Assembly (NCBI GenBank): GCA_965644315.1
Contig: CBFFRQ010000026.1
Span: 1-64,000, forward strand
Reading direction: 5' to 3'
DNA: 64,000 nucleotides
Source: Caecitellus pseudoparvulus
Taxonomy: Eukaryota > Protista > Bigyra: Bicosoecida
The notes under the pieces were generated by a model that saw only the letters and a program-made list of their open reading frames with translations, was not told the DNA's origin and did no database searches. The translations under genes were made by a program, and so were the position numbers. The number at the start of each line of letters is the position of its first letter. Positions within the stretch are counted from its first letter, which is position 1. Of the stretch, positions 10,601 to 20,411 are shown piece after piece.

Positions 10601-12044
10601 ACCAGGCCAGCAGCGCTCGCATTTGGTCCAGCTCTGCCTGGGACAGCCCCCCTGCGCCACGAGGGGGCGGGGGCGTGGCACCTGTTGCGCCTCTCCCCCC
10701 CTCCTCCCCCCCATCCGGTGCACTGGACCACGTCCACGGCTCGCCACGCTGCCCTGCTCGCGGCTTGGACACGGGGGGAGGGCCAAACGGCGACGCAAGT
10801 GCGTAGAACATGCCCAGCACATTCGCAGGCGTCGGCTGCAGCAGCGTCAGCGCCACCATGAGCATGTGATCCCTAGCCGCGATCTCAGCTCGCAACTGGG
10901 CCACGTGGCGCGCCTGCCGCACCTGGGTCAGCGCCAGGCGCCACCGTGTCACGACGTTGTACGCCCGCCCCAGTGTCCTCAGCTCCTCCTGCCGACTGCG
11001 TTCCCACTGCACCAGCGTGTCTCGCAGGCGCTCCACCATGCCACGCAGGGCGTGCTTGTCAGCCTTGAGCCCGTCGTGCAGGCTGCAGTACGTGCGCTGG
11101 CGGTACAGGGCCAGGAAGTCAGCGGGTGGGGCGGAGGAGGGGCTGCCTTGCGGCTCGGCAGCCAGGGCAGAGCTAGCGCCGCCCCCCTCCTCTGGCCGCG
11201 ACAGCAGTGCCTCCACCCCCGCCCCCCGAGCCTCCACGTACACCGCCTGCAGCAGCACCCGGCGCAGGTTGGCGGTCATGTCGCCAAACCGAGCAAGGGG
11301 CCCACCCACCTCTGCCAGCTGCCCCAGCACGCGGAAGGCCATGGCTGTGGCCAGGTCGTTGGGCATGCCCAGCGGCGCCGTGAACGCCACCACCTGCTTC
11401 AGGGCCACCTCGCCCTGCAGGGCTGCCGAGGCGAAAGCGCCCTGCTCCGCCTCGTACGCTGCCTGCCACTCGTGCAGCAGCAGCGCCTTGGCGTCGGACC
11501 GGGGCATGTCCTGCTGCAGCGTATCCACCAGGGCCGTCAGGCGTCCAGCGGAGGCGGTGGGCGAGAGGGCCTTGGATACTGGCGCGCTGGGCCGGTGCAG
11601 GGGGGACAGCAGCTGCTTGCGGGAGGCTGCCCGGGGCAGGCTGTCCGGGCGCGGCCCACGCCCGACGGGGGACAGAGGGGACACGCCCCCTGGGGACGGG
11701 AGGGGGGCAGACTCGGCGCCCTTGGTGCCTTTGCGTGTGGGGGATGCCACGCCGAGGGGAGGCGCCTGGTGGGGCAGCGCGTGCTTCACGGCCGCCATGA
11801 GGCGGTCCACCACCGACTCTGGGTCAGGGGGCTCCGCCGCGCCACCCTCCACACGCAGCACACGAGCCAGGGCAGCGCGCAAGGGCGGCACATGGGTGCC
11901 TTCCGGGCGCGGTTGCACGGAGGAGATGCTGGACTGCGACGTGCCCCACCGCGCCTGCCCGCTGCTGCCAGCCTTGGGCGTTGCTGTGGAGCCAGTGCCC
12001 AGCGACCGCCCAGCCAGGGCCGGGGCACTGGTGCTGCCCTGCAT
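4668..12044 (-). CDS. Very large (about 2450 aa) Ala/Pro/Gly-rich protein with coiled-coil segments, unknown function
   Basis: 7.4 kb uninterrupted ORF (track start 12101 is GTG; first ATG 12044). It has helical/coiled-coil islands (e.g. LRGMVERLRDTLVQWERSRQEEL; ELAQAAQALAQAEERAAAAE) within disordered sequence. Confidence 0.7.
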   Translation of the reverse strand: MQGSTSAPALAGRSLGTGSTATPKAGSSGQARWGTSQSSISSVQPRPEGTHVPPLRAALARVLRVEGGAAEPPDPESVVDRLMAAVKHALPHQAPPLGVASPTRKGTKGAESAPLPSPGGVSPLSPVGRGPRPDSLPRAASRKQLLSPLHRPSAPVSKALSPTASAGRLTALVDTLQQDMPRSDAKALLLHEWQAAYEAEQGAFASAALQGEVALKQVVAFTAPLGMPNDLATAMAFRVLGQLAEVGGPLARFGDMTANLRRVLLQAVYVEARGAGVEALLSRPEEGGGASSALAAEPQGSPSSAPPADFLALYRQRTYCSLHDGLKADKHALRGMVERLRDTLVQWERSRQEELRTLGRAYNVVTRWRLALTQVRQARHVAQLRAEIAARDHMLMVALTLLQPTPANVLGMFYALASPFGPPPVSKPRAGQRGEPWTWSSAPDGGEEGGRGATGATPPPPRGAGGLSQAELDQMRALLAWSAQHTPWQNHLWTHVTAPGQAYLGPRGLGARLTTPSPTAPAFTAMQGTAPLGEVEAVELSQTSSGQGSCVERGGDTPWALLGYLLQEWEELLAGVYERQASALRAEAAGASGEAEADAVGADASAEVQRAVADVLAARAQAAADGTAARVQEVRHRLRERRRAVWAVQRTPHEVMLAVGSREVRRQAATGAPDGEEEDEAGGGSSAQHADRLAEAATEVDPTFTPAAASGWGVRWSGLAAPTGRQLRFVSTLRAILPPVVNQALVRDLMLRPTLTNAAFATDVVQQTLTARHDINTTHLAQVFRTVFQERTAHRRDDLKNAVAAAKAAAAAQPPTKSPTGLELTRRQRRQARKAIGAMGHTPKVAAQAPSALEHAEGAVRRAQAALEEDERTLLTALLHAASDPGVALPVIVPLLGSSQRASMLRMALGLDTVLLDAASVRALLARSESEQERNTARARLAMRPALASHAGGRVLGGDGATLALSPAVVVPTTFRRGLLTGRKSQAELAWAVLSPSRRGAGDHTPPPAASLLLPPAVYGDRSQSGGSRTPSGASHGKRRDKGKAPGQVPPALVARLEAALAYLPPSITDKPIEEGAGADPAASAEPGAGLVVSTAPATSPSASRAPDQAWRLPVHHRAPSLAQHGDALLDTMEGLFAAGAQVEAWIGTGSAGRFAWVGGLASVMQDAGGAGVAPLRVAQEVLFTADRFASGVPGSDVSATAAQGGSDSGTPSHATGQSKAAFLSALRTATPSLRPAPPLALVREYAPPEQAQWTALPSKGKGAPASPKRLTGPDLLPTADRSEVQTIADMLPALTALELVQVLTGVVRELAARRTGVLLQAPAEEVYTDVLRSVRAATGDEPASPQGLSRTPHRSVSHSSTEASGDAPATELSLFTSLQRILLLPQRQSLEDGEGAEETGGGSSPPASPTAGPRTVHEAHSVTFVRVEELHQLHASLAAATAAAAHTARELAQAAQALAQAEERAAAAEAGLDAERADMQAQLVEAVARADAAEAAAAAAGGGVGRREGGRGRSTPHAAADAVGGSRGRGRDVPRRPSRTTSPAAARSTPAEAPKRPSHHSAAQRGEPDQRVPALAPGHAGPPSLGVGPETAMVDISFGVAGVSARGGGTREGRGGGVPPASPLRPGSSSSGKVVPGPPPRRPPSRPRAASPPAEPVRGAVAPSATVTLSAAAQSQAQAGLPGGDGPPPGPPGMPWPEDSQATEIVAARQLAEHLAAEVERLRRENATLRQAELVPLSADPSSSDQGGTAELPQALRRAYTEDSPRHALSPRVEAQSVAPPRRGRGASSVGYEDTMQGSGGGPTQPSRSRTLGGRRGGGGAVSGAEVGGGGGGLESGTFSSALSPALRGRGGFTLSDSHTEEEVPGGDAEAGTMAVLSDGDASSELVHQQLHQGPPRAAQRSDTVSAVEARAPMRGGGGGGGGGGEREEEEEVPTHHLSASTRSLSPLGQGPGDSVVKGSPVVNTGTRHARAQPGKAKEGGDGGSVDPSAAFSEFEGGETPPHAGRLQRHAPPSSTGAGGVPGGDRRPPPLHTGSFVSAVEGGGGSPGESPTDGDEIRFDATPAAHGVTPGPISRTAPVRDGTVDLSGRASHIASPTRWGSTLTSHRASPKHKRAVPSQRTAQPPERPRKAASPTATEDQAAPHAGRGSPPTPATTSPSGRSGSDHGTSPAPSPAPGKGTVPPGGAAPAPHALPRSPAQTGGQATRHRAGRAPRERQPPPRKERVIHDLQPQVRRRTELLVEESGDEDVEWDGAAGADSGNAVQASPQAVERARELLVSAGSSGGAGLSPSPARAVSLTGHRAGGGTLSGLASRSLDSHGSFHLSQGRNTPEGGGPLVASVAGTAAPVSVEGGTRAPLLVAQQPPSTLAARRGLGPLHLPGVARGTRRRQIMYVGQRAGEAAPATPTGAAGTPLGHPAAMAAAAGSGGPLAVGGGSLGLSVAGLGGVRPSPVRGRRK

Positions 12045-12559
12045 GGGAGTAGCCGGAGGGGGCCTGCAGATTAGAGCGCTGTGTGCTGTGCCGGGCGGCA
12101 CACACCTGCATCAGCTGCTGTCGTGGGTTGGGTGTCTTGGCAGGCTGTGTGTGCGTCGCAGCGACCGCGTGGCAAACCTTGACCAGCCAAGAGCGGCACG
12201 GAAGCTGGAAAGGCGCGTAGGAAAGTGGCTACCCGGCATGTGCTGGGAAGGCAAGGCGGTGCTGTGTACATTTTGCATTTTGTTTGCCATGGCGGGCTGC
12301 GCCGCTGCCGCATCTGGTGCACGCCTGGCCTCCGTTTTCCTCACACAGCTGGCACAGCCGCACACCCCCATCGCCAGCACCCGTGCCCGACCAGCTCCCC
12401 ACACTTTTCACTGAACTTTGTGCACCCCGCCAGCAAAGGTCGTCCGCGGTCGCTCATTGTGCAGTCTGACCGCGCAGCGCCCCAAGGCGCACACAGGCCA
12501 GTGTCCGCCTTCGGCGTGCTTTCGAGCCTCTGCTCGCAGTTCCCCGCTCGGCGTCAGCC

Positions 12560-14563
12560 ATGGCGATGCTTGGGATGGAACTGGTGGTGTTCCTCATGCT
12601 GGCATTCCTGATGAAGAGCCTGCTCAAGCGCATGCCGCTGAGCCAGAGGGTGCGTTCGACGCTGGTGCCAATTTCCGCAGCCCTCGCCCTCACGCTCCTC
12701 GTGCCTGCGCGCGCAGTGGCTGCATAACGTGCGCTTCTACATCTTCCCTGACCTGCCGCAATTGAAACTCATCGCGGACACGCGGGGCCAAGTGGGCGTG
12801 GAGGTGCGTGCTTCTCCCCACCCACACAGCTTCCCTCGTCTCCACACGCTTGCCCCCCCCTTCCTCCCCCGCGCCCACCGCAGAAGACTGCCGCCAACAC
12901 CCTGTCAGACGGCACCAGCCTGCTGCCCAGCTGGTGGGGCGCCACGCTGCAGGAGCGCATCGCCGGCGTCGTGGAGCACAACCGGGCCTACCTGCAGGCC
13001 GGCCTGCACAACACCGCCATGTCCTGGGACAACCTGCGCATGGTGGAGGAGTACGACCTCACCGTCTCCCTCCTCGTGCAGTTGCTGGCAGTGTACGGCC
13101 TGAGCGCCACCTGGTCCTGCCTGCGGGGTGTGCCGCAGCAGGAGACGTCCTTCTACCTCACCATGGCCACTGCGGCGGTGGGCCTGTACTCCCTTGCCTG
13201 GTCTGTCTTCAAGCACGGCTGGGGGGCGGTGTCCGGCCCGCTCACACTTGGCTTCGCAGGCTTCGGCTTCGTCATGGCCCTGCTGGCTCTGCAGGCGCCC
13301 GAGACGCTCCTGGACACACGCCTGGTGGCGGGGCTCCTGGATGCCTCCAACAAGGCCGAGGCGGTGCTGGAGAGCGTGGTGAAGGGGGGTGCGGACACTG
13401 GCGCGGGAGGGGGTCTGGACCTGGCGCCTTCCCTCCTGGTCCTGCACCTCCTTGTGGCCGGCGTCGCCGGCCTCATCATGGGCGTCATGGTGGTGCCCAG
13501 CATCCGCTTCGCATCCTGCTTCGCCGCCCTCACAGCCGACAAGGCCGTCAGCGCCCCCGCCAAGGCGCTGCTGTACGTGAACATGTTCGGGCCCCTGGCT
13601 GTCGCGGCGCTGTGGCTGCGCCCTGTCCTGGGCAGTGCCCTCCTCATCCCCGACCTGGTCAAGTGCAACCCCGGAGACGTCGCACGCGACTGCACCGTCA
13701 CGACAGACCTCTCCTCCACGTGGCTGCTGACGGAGACTGCCTGGCTCCGGGTGCGTGTGGGGGCAGTGCTGGTCTGCCTGGCCCTGCGCCTGCTGCAGTA
13801 CCGCCTGCTCATGTCGGGGTACCTGGCACAGGCCAAGACCAAGCAGGTGGACTACCTCGAGAGCAGCCTTGGGGGCTTTGGCGCCACCGACCAGGCCAAA
13901 GCCGTCAAGCGCGCAGCCAAGAAGGCTCGTAAGGAGGGCCGCAGTGTGAAGGACGCTGTGGCCCACGCCGCCGACGTGCCGGTGCAGGCGGTGGGCACGC
14001 TGTTCCACACGTGCCGGAACATCGCCCGGAACACCTTCTCCAACCTGGCCGTCGTCGGCCTGCAGTTCGTTGCACCCACCGCTGTCATCGTCGCCCTGGC
14101 CCTGGCCCTGCACCATCGAGGGGGGCTCAGCCTGGGCCTTTGCTCCGCTGTGCAGCAGGGCGCTGCCTCGGCAGGCCTGGCGCCGGTGCTGGAGAGGCTG
14201 CAGGTGGACCCGTCGGAGCCCACCAAGCCCAGCGGCATGGAGATGATGGTGGGCTGGGCCATGGACGCCGCCCTGGGCGAGTCTGGAACAGAGGTTGCCG
14301 GGCAGGTGCGGGCGGCGCTGGGCACGCCCCTGCTGTGGCGTCCCCTCTTCAACTTCCTCCTGTGGTGGGCCACCCTGTCCATGGCCGTCACGTCAGCCCT
14401 CGCGTACATGTACTTCGAAGGCGTCGTGCGTTTCGCCGACTCCTACCGTGACGAGATGCGGCAGCAGGCACAGACGGCCCGCCGCACAGCGGTCCAGGAG
14501 ACAGCAGCGGCTGCACCGGCAGCCTCCAAGCGCTCCAAGAAGAAGCGCCGCAAGGCAGAGTAG
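12560..14563 (+). CDS. TMEM161: TMEM161-family multi-pass membrane protein, 3 exons: 12560-12649, 12717-12803, 12884-14563
   Basis: The spliced N-terminus MAMLGMELVVFLMLAFLMKSLLKRMPLSQRWL..RFYIFP and the motifs LWLRPV, LRLLQYRLLMSGYL, VVGLQFVAP and LFNFLLWW match the TMEM161 pattern as I know it. Both GTGCGT..CAG introns are phase 0. Confidence 0.8.
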
Positions 14564-14679
14564 CGGCGTGGGCAAATGCATGCATAGGCAGGGTGAGTGG
14601 GAGGCCAGAGCCAGGCAGTGAGTGCATTGACGCAGGGCCGACAGACACCCGTGAGCCAGGGGAGGCATGCCCAAGGTGC

Positions 14680-15599
14680 CTATGCGGTGGACTCCTTCAG
14701 GTAGGCGATGAGGTTGTTGCGGTCGTCCGCCTTCTTCAGGCCGGCGAAGATCATCTTGGTGCCCTTGATGTACTGCGGGGAGGGGAACAGGCACGAGAGG
14801 CATGCAGTCGCAGCAGTGGTGTGGTGCGCAACTTTGCAGGGCACACACCTTCTTGGGGTTCTTCAGGTACTGTGCAGAGGGAAGCGGGGGGCGGGCAGGT
14901 GCAGGCGCGCATGCAGGCAGCTGGCGTTGATGTGTGCACGCCTGCTGATGTGCCGCAATACGCCGGCGCGCCGTGAAGGCGTGCCCGCCTCGCGGCACCC
15001 CTGCATGCCCCACACGCGCACAAGGACAACCGGGCACGTACCTTGAACAGGTGGTCTGTGTGGGGCAGAGAGGGGGGGAGAGGGGTGAGGGGACAAGGCG
15101 ACGAGGCAAGCAAAGCGGGTGGAAAGCAGGCAGAAAACCGCAAGGGCATCACCCCGCCCAACGGCACGGGCCCCGCACACGTGCACACGCACCCTCGTTC
15201 CAGGTGATGCCTGAGAAAGGACAGGGAAGAGATTGCGTGAAAAGAATGCGGCAGAGCGCGCGTGGCGCTGCGCAATACGAGTTTCGCCTCGCTTCAACTT
15301 CCGCAGCTGCCGCCGTACGCACCGGAAGACTTGTTGGCAGCAGAGTAGCTGAAGCCGGGGGTGGTGCCAGCAACGCGGCCAATCAGACCGTGCAAGTTGG
15401 GTCCCTGCGTCACGGACAGAGGCGCGGGCGGCGGTGAAGGGCTCGGCACAGGCCGGTGCTGGTGTTGGCGGGGCAGCGGCGAAGTGGCCTTCCCGGCACG
15501 TGCGTGGCTCACCTGCTTGTGGCCAGCGCCAGCCTCAACGGTGTGGCACTGAGCGCACTTGGTCTTGAAGATCTTGGCACCGGCAGCGACGTCAGCCAT
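14680..15599 (-). CDS. CYCS: Mitochondrial cytochrome c (104 aa), 6 exons: 15599-15513, 15404-15323, 15210-15193, 15055-15042, 14869-14849, 14772-14680
   Basis: Spliced product: [104 protein letters not shown]. It has the CxxCH haem motif and the axial Met (GTKM). All five introns are GT-AG and the phases are consistent. Confidence 0.96.
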
Positions 15600-16056
15600 G
15601 GTGAGAGGTGGGAGTGTGAAGGGCTGCGGGGGCGCAAGGAGTGCGTGGTGAGGCTGCCAGCACAGAGACAGGGCGATGCAGCTGCGATTGCGCAAGCTAC
15701 GCACGGGTAGAACCACGAAGGAGGCACTTGGGAGCAAGCACTGAGTGCAGGGGAAAGGCTAGGGATGGCGGATTGTGTTCGAGCCCGGGTGATGTGTGGG
15801 TATCGCCGGGACAGCTGCGAGACTCGCTTTCCACCTCTCCAGGTCACACATCTCGTCTTCGCTCGGTGCAAGCCTGCTGCACCGGGGGAGGTCAAGAGGC
15901 TTAGCGTATTTTTCTAGTCCATCTCGCCCTCCGCGTTGTTGGGCACGAGTGTACATATAGGCGCACTCTCGATGGAGTCTGACGCTGCCGACAAAATCCT
16001 CCATACGTGCCACCACAAAACTTGCTTCTCAAACCCAATGCAAACCTTGGAGTTAC

Positions 16057-19000
16057 ATGCTGGATTCAAACCAACACGCTCAAGCTTGTCTGCAGCCAAG
16101 CGGGCAGAAGGTGAGCTCGCCAAAGCGTGGCGTTGCACCACCCCATCGCCAGCCAACCCTGCTTCAGCGCTGCACGCTCTCCCCCCAACTCTCCCAGGCA
16201 GAAGTGGCGCTATTGCGTCCATTATCGAGTTACGAGATCCTGAAATCGCCCGCAATGGTGCGTGGAGCGGCTCCTGGCTGCAGTTGGCGTGGCTGTCGCC
16301 AGCACTTGTCGCAAGTCCGAGCCGTCTTGACAGCATTGTACCCGTATGCCTTGCGCAATGCCACAGGCAGCACACGCACCAGCTGGAGGTTTTGGAGCTG
16401 CTGAAGATAGTCATGCTGGCGGGGGTGATGTGAAGACCGGTGTGCTGGTGGCGTGCCTGGTCAAGTTGCAGTGCGAGCCAGGAAGGGAGCTGCGGCATGG
16501 CCCAGCACTGCGTGGGCTTGTGGCGATGGGGCACGGCGAAACACCTGCTGCAGGTGATGCTCCCACAGCTATGACCCTTGTGGAGCTGGAGAGTCTGCTG
16601 CGCGGTGCAGGGAGTGCCCTTCTTGACCGCGCTGGGCAGCTCAAAGGGCAGCTTCTGAGCAAGAGTGTGTGCGCTGCACTGGAGTACTTGTCCTTTCGGT
16701 GCTTCTGTGCACTGGGGAGCCTGCACCAGGCAGTGTCTGGGGTGGGTGTGGAGGAAGTGCCGGGTGGAGATGCGGTGTGGGGTCCCATAGTGGAGGCGTG
16801 GGGCAGTGTGCGCGCCGGCGCCGATGTGGAGGGAGCGCTGGCAGACCTGACACGATGGTGGCAGAGCCGCGAAGCTCCCAGTGTGGATGCTGGTGGGGTG
16901 GCAGTGGCACCTGGCCAGAGCGCTGGTGACGCCGCTGTGGATAAGGCGCTGGCGTCCATGAAGGAGCAAGCCGCCTTGCTTCGTGGCGAGGCAGCAGGCG
17001 ACCTGAGGAGTGACGCCGCCGCGGAGCACTTGGAGTCAGCTGTGGTTGCAGTGGAGGAGCTGCGCCAGCTGCTGGTGTGCAGTGCGGCAATCAGTGGTCA
17101 CAAGCTGACGGCTGCAGCGGGCATCGACCTGGATGCCGGCGTGAGCTTCAAGAGTGGGAAGGAAGCGAGTGTGTACATGGCTGAGAGCAGCATCGTCCCT
17201 GACATGGGGACCAATGCCAGTGATGTCATCGAGTGGGCGGCAGCGGCAGACTTGGGAGCCTCAGCGCTGGCCCGGGGGATCGCGGCGGTGAAGCGCGCTG
17301 AAGCCACTCGCAAGGTCCATGGTCTGCCCCGAGTGGCTCAAGCTGCGCATGGGCTGGCACTGACCCACAACTGCGCCGGGTCCAGGCCGGATGAGCCGCT
17401 GGGTGTGCGCAGTGATGTGGCGGTGCAGGCACAGTGTGAGCGAGGGTGGCCGCTGGCAGGAATGGTGCGAAACGACGCTTGGCAGGATGTCGCTTTGGAG
17501 GTGAAGCAACGCGTGTGTTTGAAGGTGCTGAGAGCATGTGCTGTGGTGGAGGCATGTGGTGTGGAGGTTGGCAGGCTGTCGCTGGGGAGCTTTGTGGTGG
17601 TGGGTGTGGAGAGCTGCAGCGTGGCTGCGTTGGCCGAGGCAGTGGGTGGGTGTGGGGTTGAAGTATTGCTGAGTGCATGCTGTGGAGCATGGGATGGGAG
17701 TAGTGGCATCAGTAGAGCTGTTGATGTTGGTGCTGATGTGGCAAGCGTGTTGCATGCGGTGCTTGGGACGACAGAGGCTGGGTCAGCATCGGCAGAGCAA
17801 GGGCTTGCGAGCCACAGCGAAGTTGGGGAGCACGCACTGTCCAGCACACTTGGTGCACTGGCAGAGGGTGGCAGCACATGCTGCATGGCTGCCTACGCAC
17901 TGGCCTGTGAGGCTTGCTGCGGGAGCGTTGCAAGTCTGCCTGCGACCGACCGTGCCGTGGTGGACTATTTAAACCGCTTGAAAGCAACACTTGCAGCGGC
18001 ACCTGCGGATCGACTTCCTTCTGAAACAATGAAGCAGGCTTGCTGCGATGGAAGTGCTGACATTGTGCGACTGTTGCTGGGTTTCACTCATTGTGAGTCA
18101 GAGTGGGTGCCTGCGAGGGATCGTTTTGGAGTGCAAGCCGGCTTCCAGCACGCTTGTCGTAATGGGCATGCGGAGGTGGTTCGCGAGCTGCTGGCAATGC
18201 TGGGCAGCCGCGCAGTTGATGTCCATGAAAAAGACGAGGAGGGCCCGGAGGCTGCTCTCCGAGCCGCATGCACCCGTGGTCACTTGGACGTGGTGCGCGA
18301 GTTGCTGTCCCTGAGTGGCGATCGTGCTGCAGATGTACATGCAAGGTTCCGTTGTGGTCCCGAGTCCAGCTTCCGAGTCGCATGCGCTCATGGCCACTTG
18401 GACGTGGTGCGCGAGTTGCTGTCCCTGGGCGGCGATCGTGCCGTCAATGTGCACGCACGAGATGCCGAGGGACCTGAGTCCGGCTTCCGAGTCGCATGCA
18501 CTCATGGCCACTTGGACGTGGTGCGCGAGCTGCTGTCCCTAGGGGGCGATCGTGCCGTCAATGTGCACGCACGAGATGCCGAGGGACCAGAGTCTGGCTT
18601 CCGAGTCGCATGCGCTCATGGCCACTTGGACGTGGTGCGCGAGCTGCTGTCCCTGGGCGGCGATCGTGCCGTCAATGTGCACGCACGAGATGCCGAGGGA
18701 CCAGAGTCTGGCTTCCGAGTCGCATGCGCTCATGGCCACTTGGACGTGGTGCGCGAGCTGCTGTCCCTGGGCGGCGATCGTGCCGTCAATGTGCACGCGC
18801 GAGATGATCGAAGCCCCGAGGCTGGCTTCACCGCAGCCTGCGCCAATGGTCACTTGGGCATGGTGCGCGAGCTGCTGTCCCTGAGTGGCAGTCGCACGGT
18901 GGATGTGCGCGCCGGGGATGGGCAGGGATCTGATGCGGGCTTCCGGTGGGCTTGCTACAATGGCCATGCTGCTGTCGTTCACGAGCTGCTGAGTCTCACA

Positions 19001-20101
19001 GGCCGTCGGACTGTGAACGTGCACGCACGAGATGCCGAGGGACCAGAGTCTGGCTTCCGAGTCGCATGCGCTCATGGCCACTTGGACGTGGTGCGCGAGC
19101 TGCTGTCCCTGGGCGGCGATCGTGCCGTCAATGTGCATGCACGAGATGCCGAGGGACCAGAGTCTGGCTTCCGAGTCGCATGCGCTCATGGCCACTTGGA
19201 CGTGGTGCGCGAGCTGCTGTCCCTGGGCGGCGATCGTGCCGTCAATGTGCACGCACGAGATGCCGAGGGACCTGAGTCCGGCTTCCGAGTCGCATGCGCT
19301 CATGGTCACTTGGACGTGGTGCGCGAGCTGCTGTCCCTGGGCGGCGATCGTGCCGTCAATGTGCATGCGCGAGATGATCGAAGCCCCGAGGCTGGCTTCA
19401 CCGCAGCCTGCGCCAATGGTCACTTGGACGTGGTGCGCGAGCTGCTGTCCCTGAGTGGCAGTCGCACGGTGGATGTGCGCGCCGGGGATGGGCAGGGATC
19501 TGATGCGGGCTTCCGGTGGGCTTGCTACAATGGCCATGCTGATGTCGTTCACGAGCTGCTGGGTCTCACAGGCCGTCGGACTGTGAACGTGCACGCAAAG
19601 GGTCCCGCTGGAGCTGCGTACGGCTTTCGCTGGGCATGCACCAACGGCCACGTTGCCGTCGTGCGTGAGCTGCTTTCCCTCAAGGGAGAGCGAGCTTTGA
19701 ACGTGCATACAAGAGATTTCGATGGGCCTGAGGCTGGCTTTCGCATGGCGTGCAGGAATGGCCATGCTGATGTGGTGCATGAGTTGCTGGCACTCACGGG
19801 CGATCAGACAGTGGATGTACACGCGAAGGATGCCGATGGACCTGAGGCTGGCTTTCGTATGGCGTGCAAGAATGGACATGCTGATGTGGTGCATGAACTG
19901 CTGACTCTCACAGGGAGCAGGGCGATAAATGTGCACGTGAGAGATGAGTATGGGCCAGAAGCTGGGTTTCGGCTTGCTTGCGCTGGCGGGCACGTGGACG
20001 TTGTGCGCGAGCTACTGGCACTGACAGGCGCACAAAGAGTGCCTGCCAGATTGAGACAACGAGCGCGCAAGTTCCCAAGTTTGGAGGGCATGCTGGATTG
20101 A
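16057..20101 (+). CDS. Ankyrin-repeat protein with long N-terminal helical and possible pseudokinase region; model exons 16057-16110, 16198-16257, 16367-20101
   Basis: About 17 ankyrin-like 38-aa units (GPEsGFRvACahGHldVVRELLsL.G.RaVnVHa). Two phase-0 introns (GTGAGC 16111..16197; GTGCGT 16258..16366) join an upstream ATG to the 1251-aa ORF. The 5' model is less certain than the body. Confidence 0.8.
18128..20040 (+). repeat. Coding tandem repeat with a 114-bp unit and a superimposed 570-bp (5-unit) higher-order duplication
   Basis: Near-identical DNA units occur at about 18355-19600. The diagnostic string gagatgatcgaagccccgag recurs at 18801 and 19371, exactly 570 bp apart. Confidence 0.93.
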
Positions 20102-20411
20102 AGTGCCCTGCAAGAGTTGGGATGTTTGTGCGCAAAGCTTCTGTCGGAATTGCAGCGTCGTACAGGGACAAGTACAGGGTCATCCGGACTCGCTCGCCAT
20201 GAGGCCTTGACGTTGATTGCTGCTCTGGCCTTGACAGTGGCTGCGGGCGTAGAACGCCGACAATCAACCATTGTAAGTGAAGCGTCTGAACTCGAACACA
20301 GTCGTCCGAACCGCCGTGGAGCCAAGGGGCACTTTCTCAGGTGCACCCGACGCCCTTTCCTGCATTGGTGAGGGCAACCAAAGCCGATGCCGCTTGGGAT
20401 GCATTGGCCAC

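Noticed and set aside
12064-12105. Possible 42-nt intron extending the giant minus-strand ORF upstream
   Set aside because: The required phase places an in-frame TGA just upstream of the donor, and the intron would be shorter than all others seen.
15936-16433. Separate 165-aa gene, or a frameshift, upstream of the ankyrin ORF
   Set aside because: Two canonical introns in another frame explain the region without a frameshift.
18539-19993. Repetitive 484-aa minus-strand ORF; CRISPR-like appearance of the repeat array
   Set aside because: It is the antisense of the ankyrin repeats. Units are contiguous 114-bp in-frame coding repeats without unique spacers.
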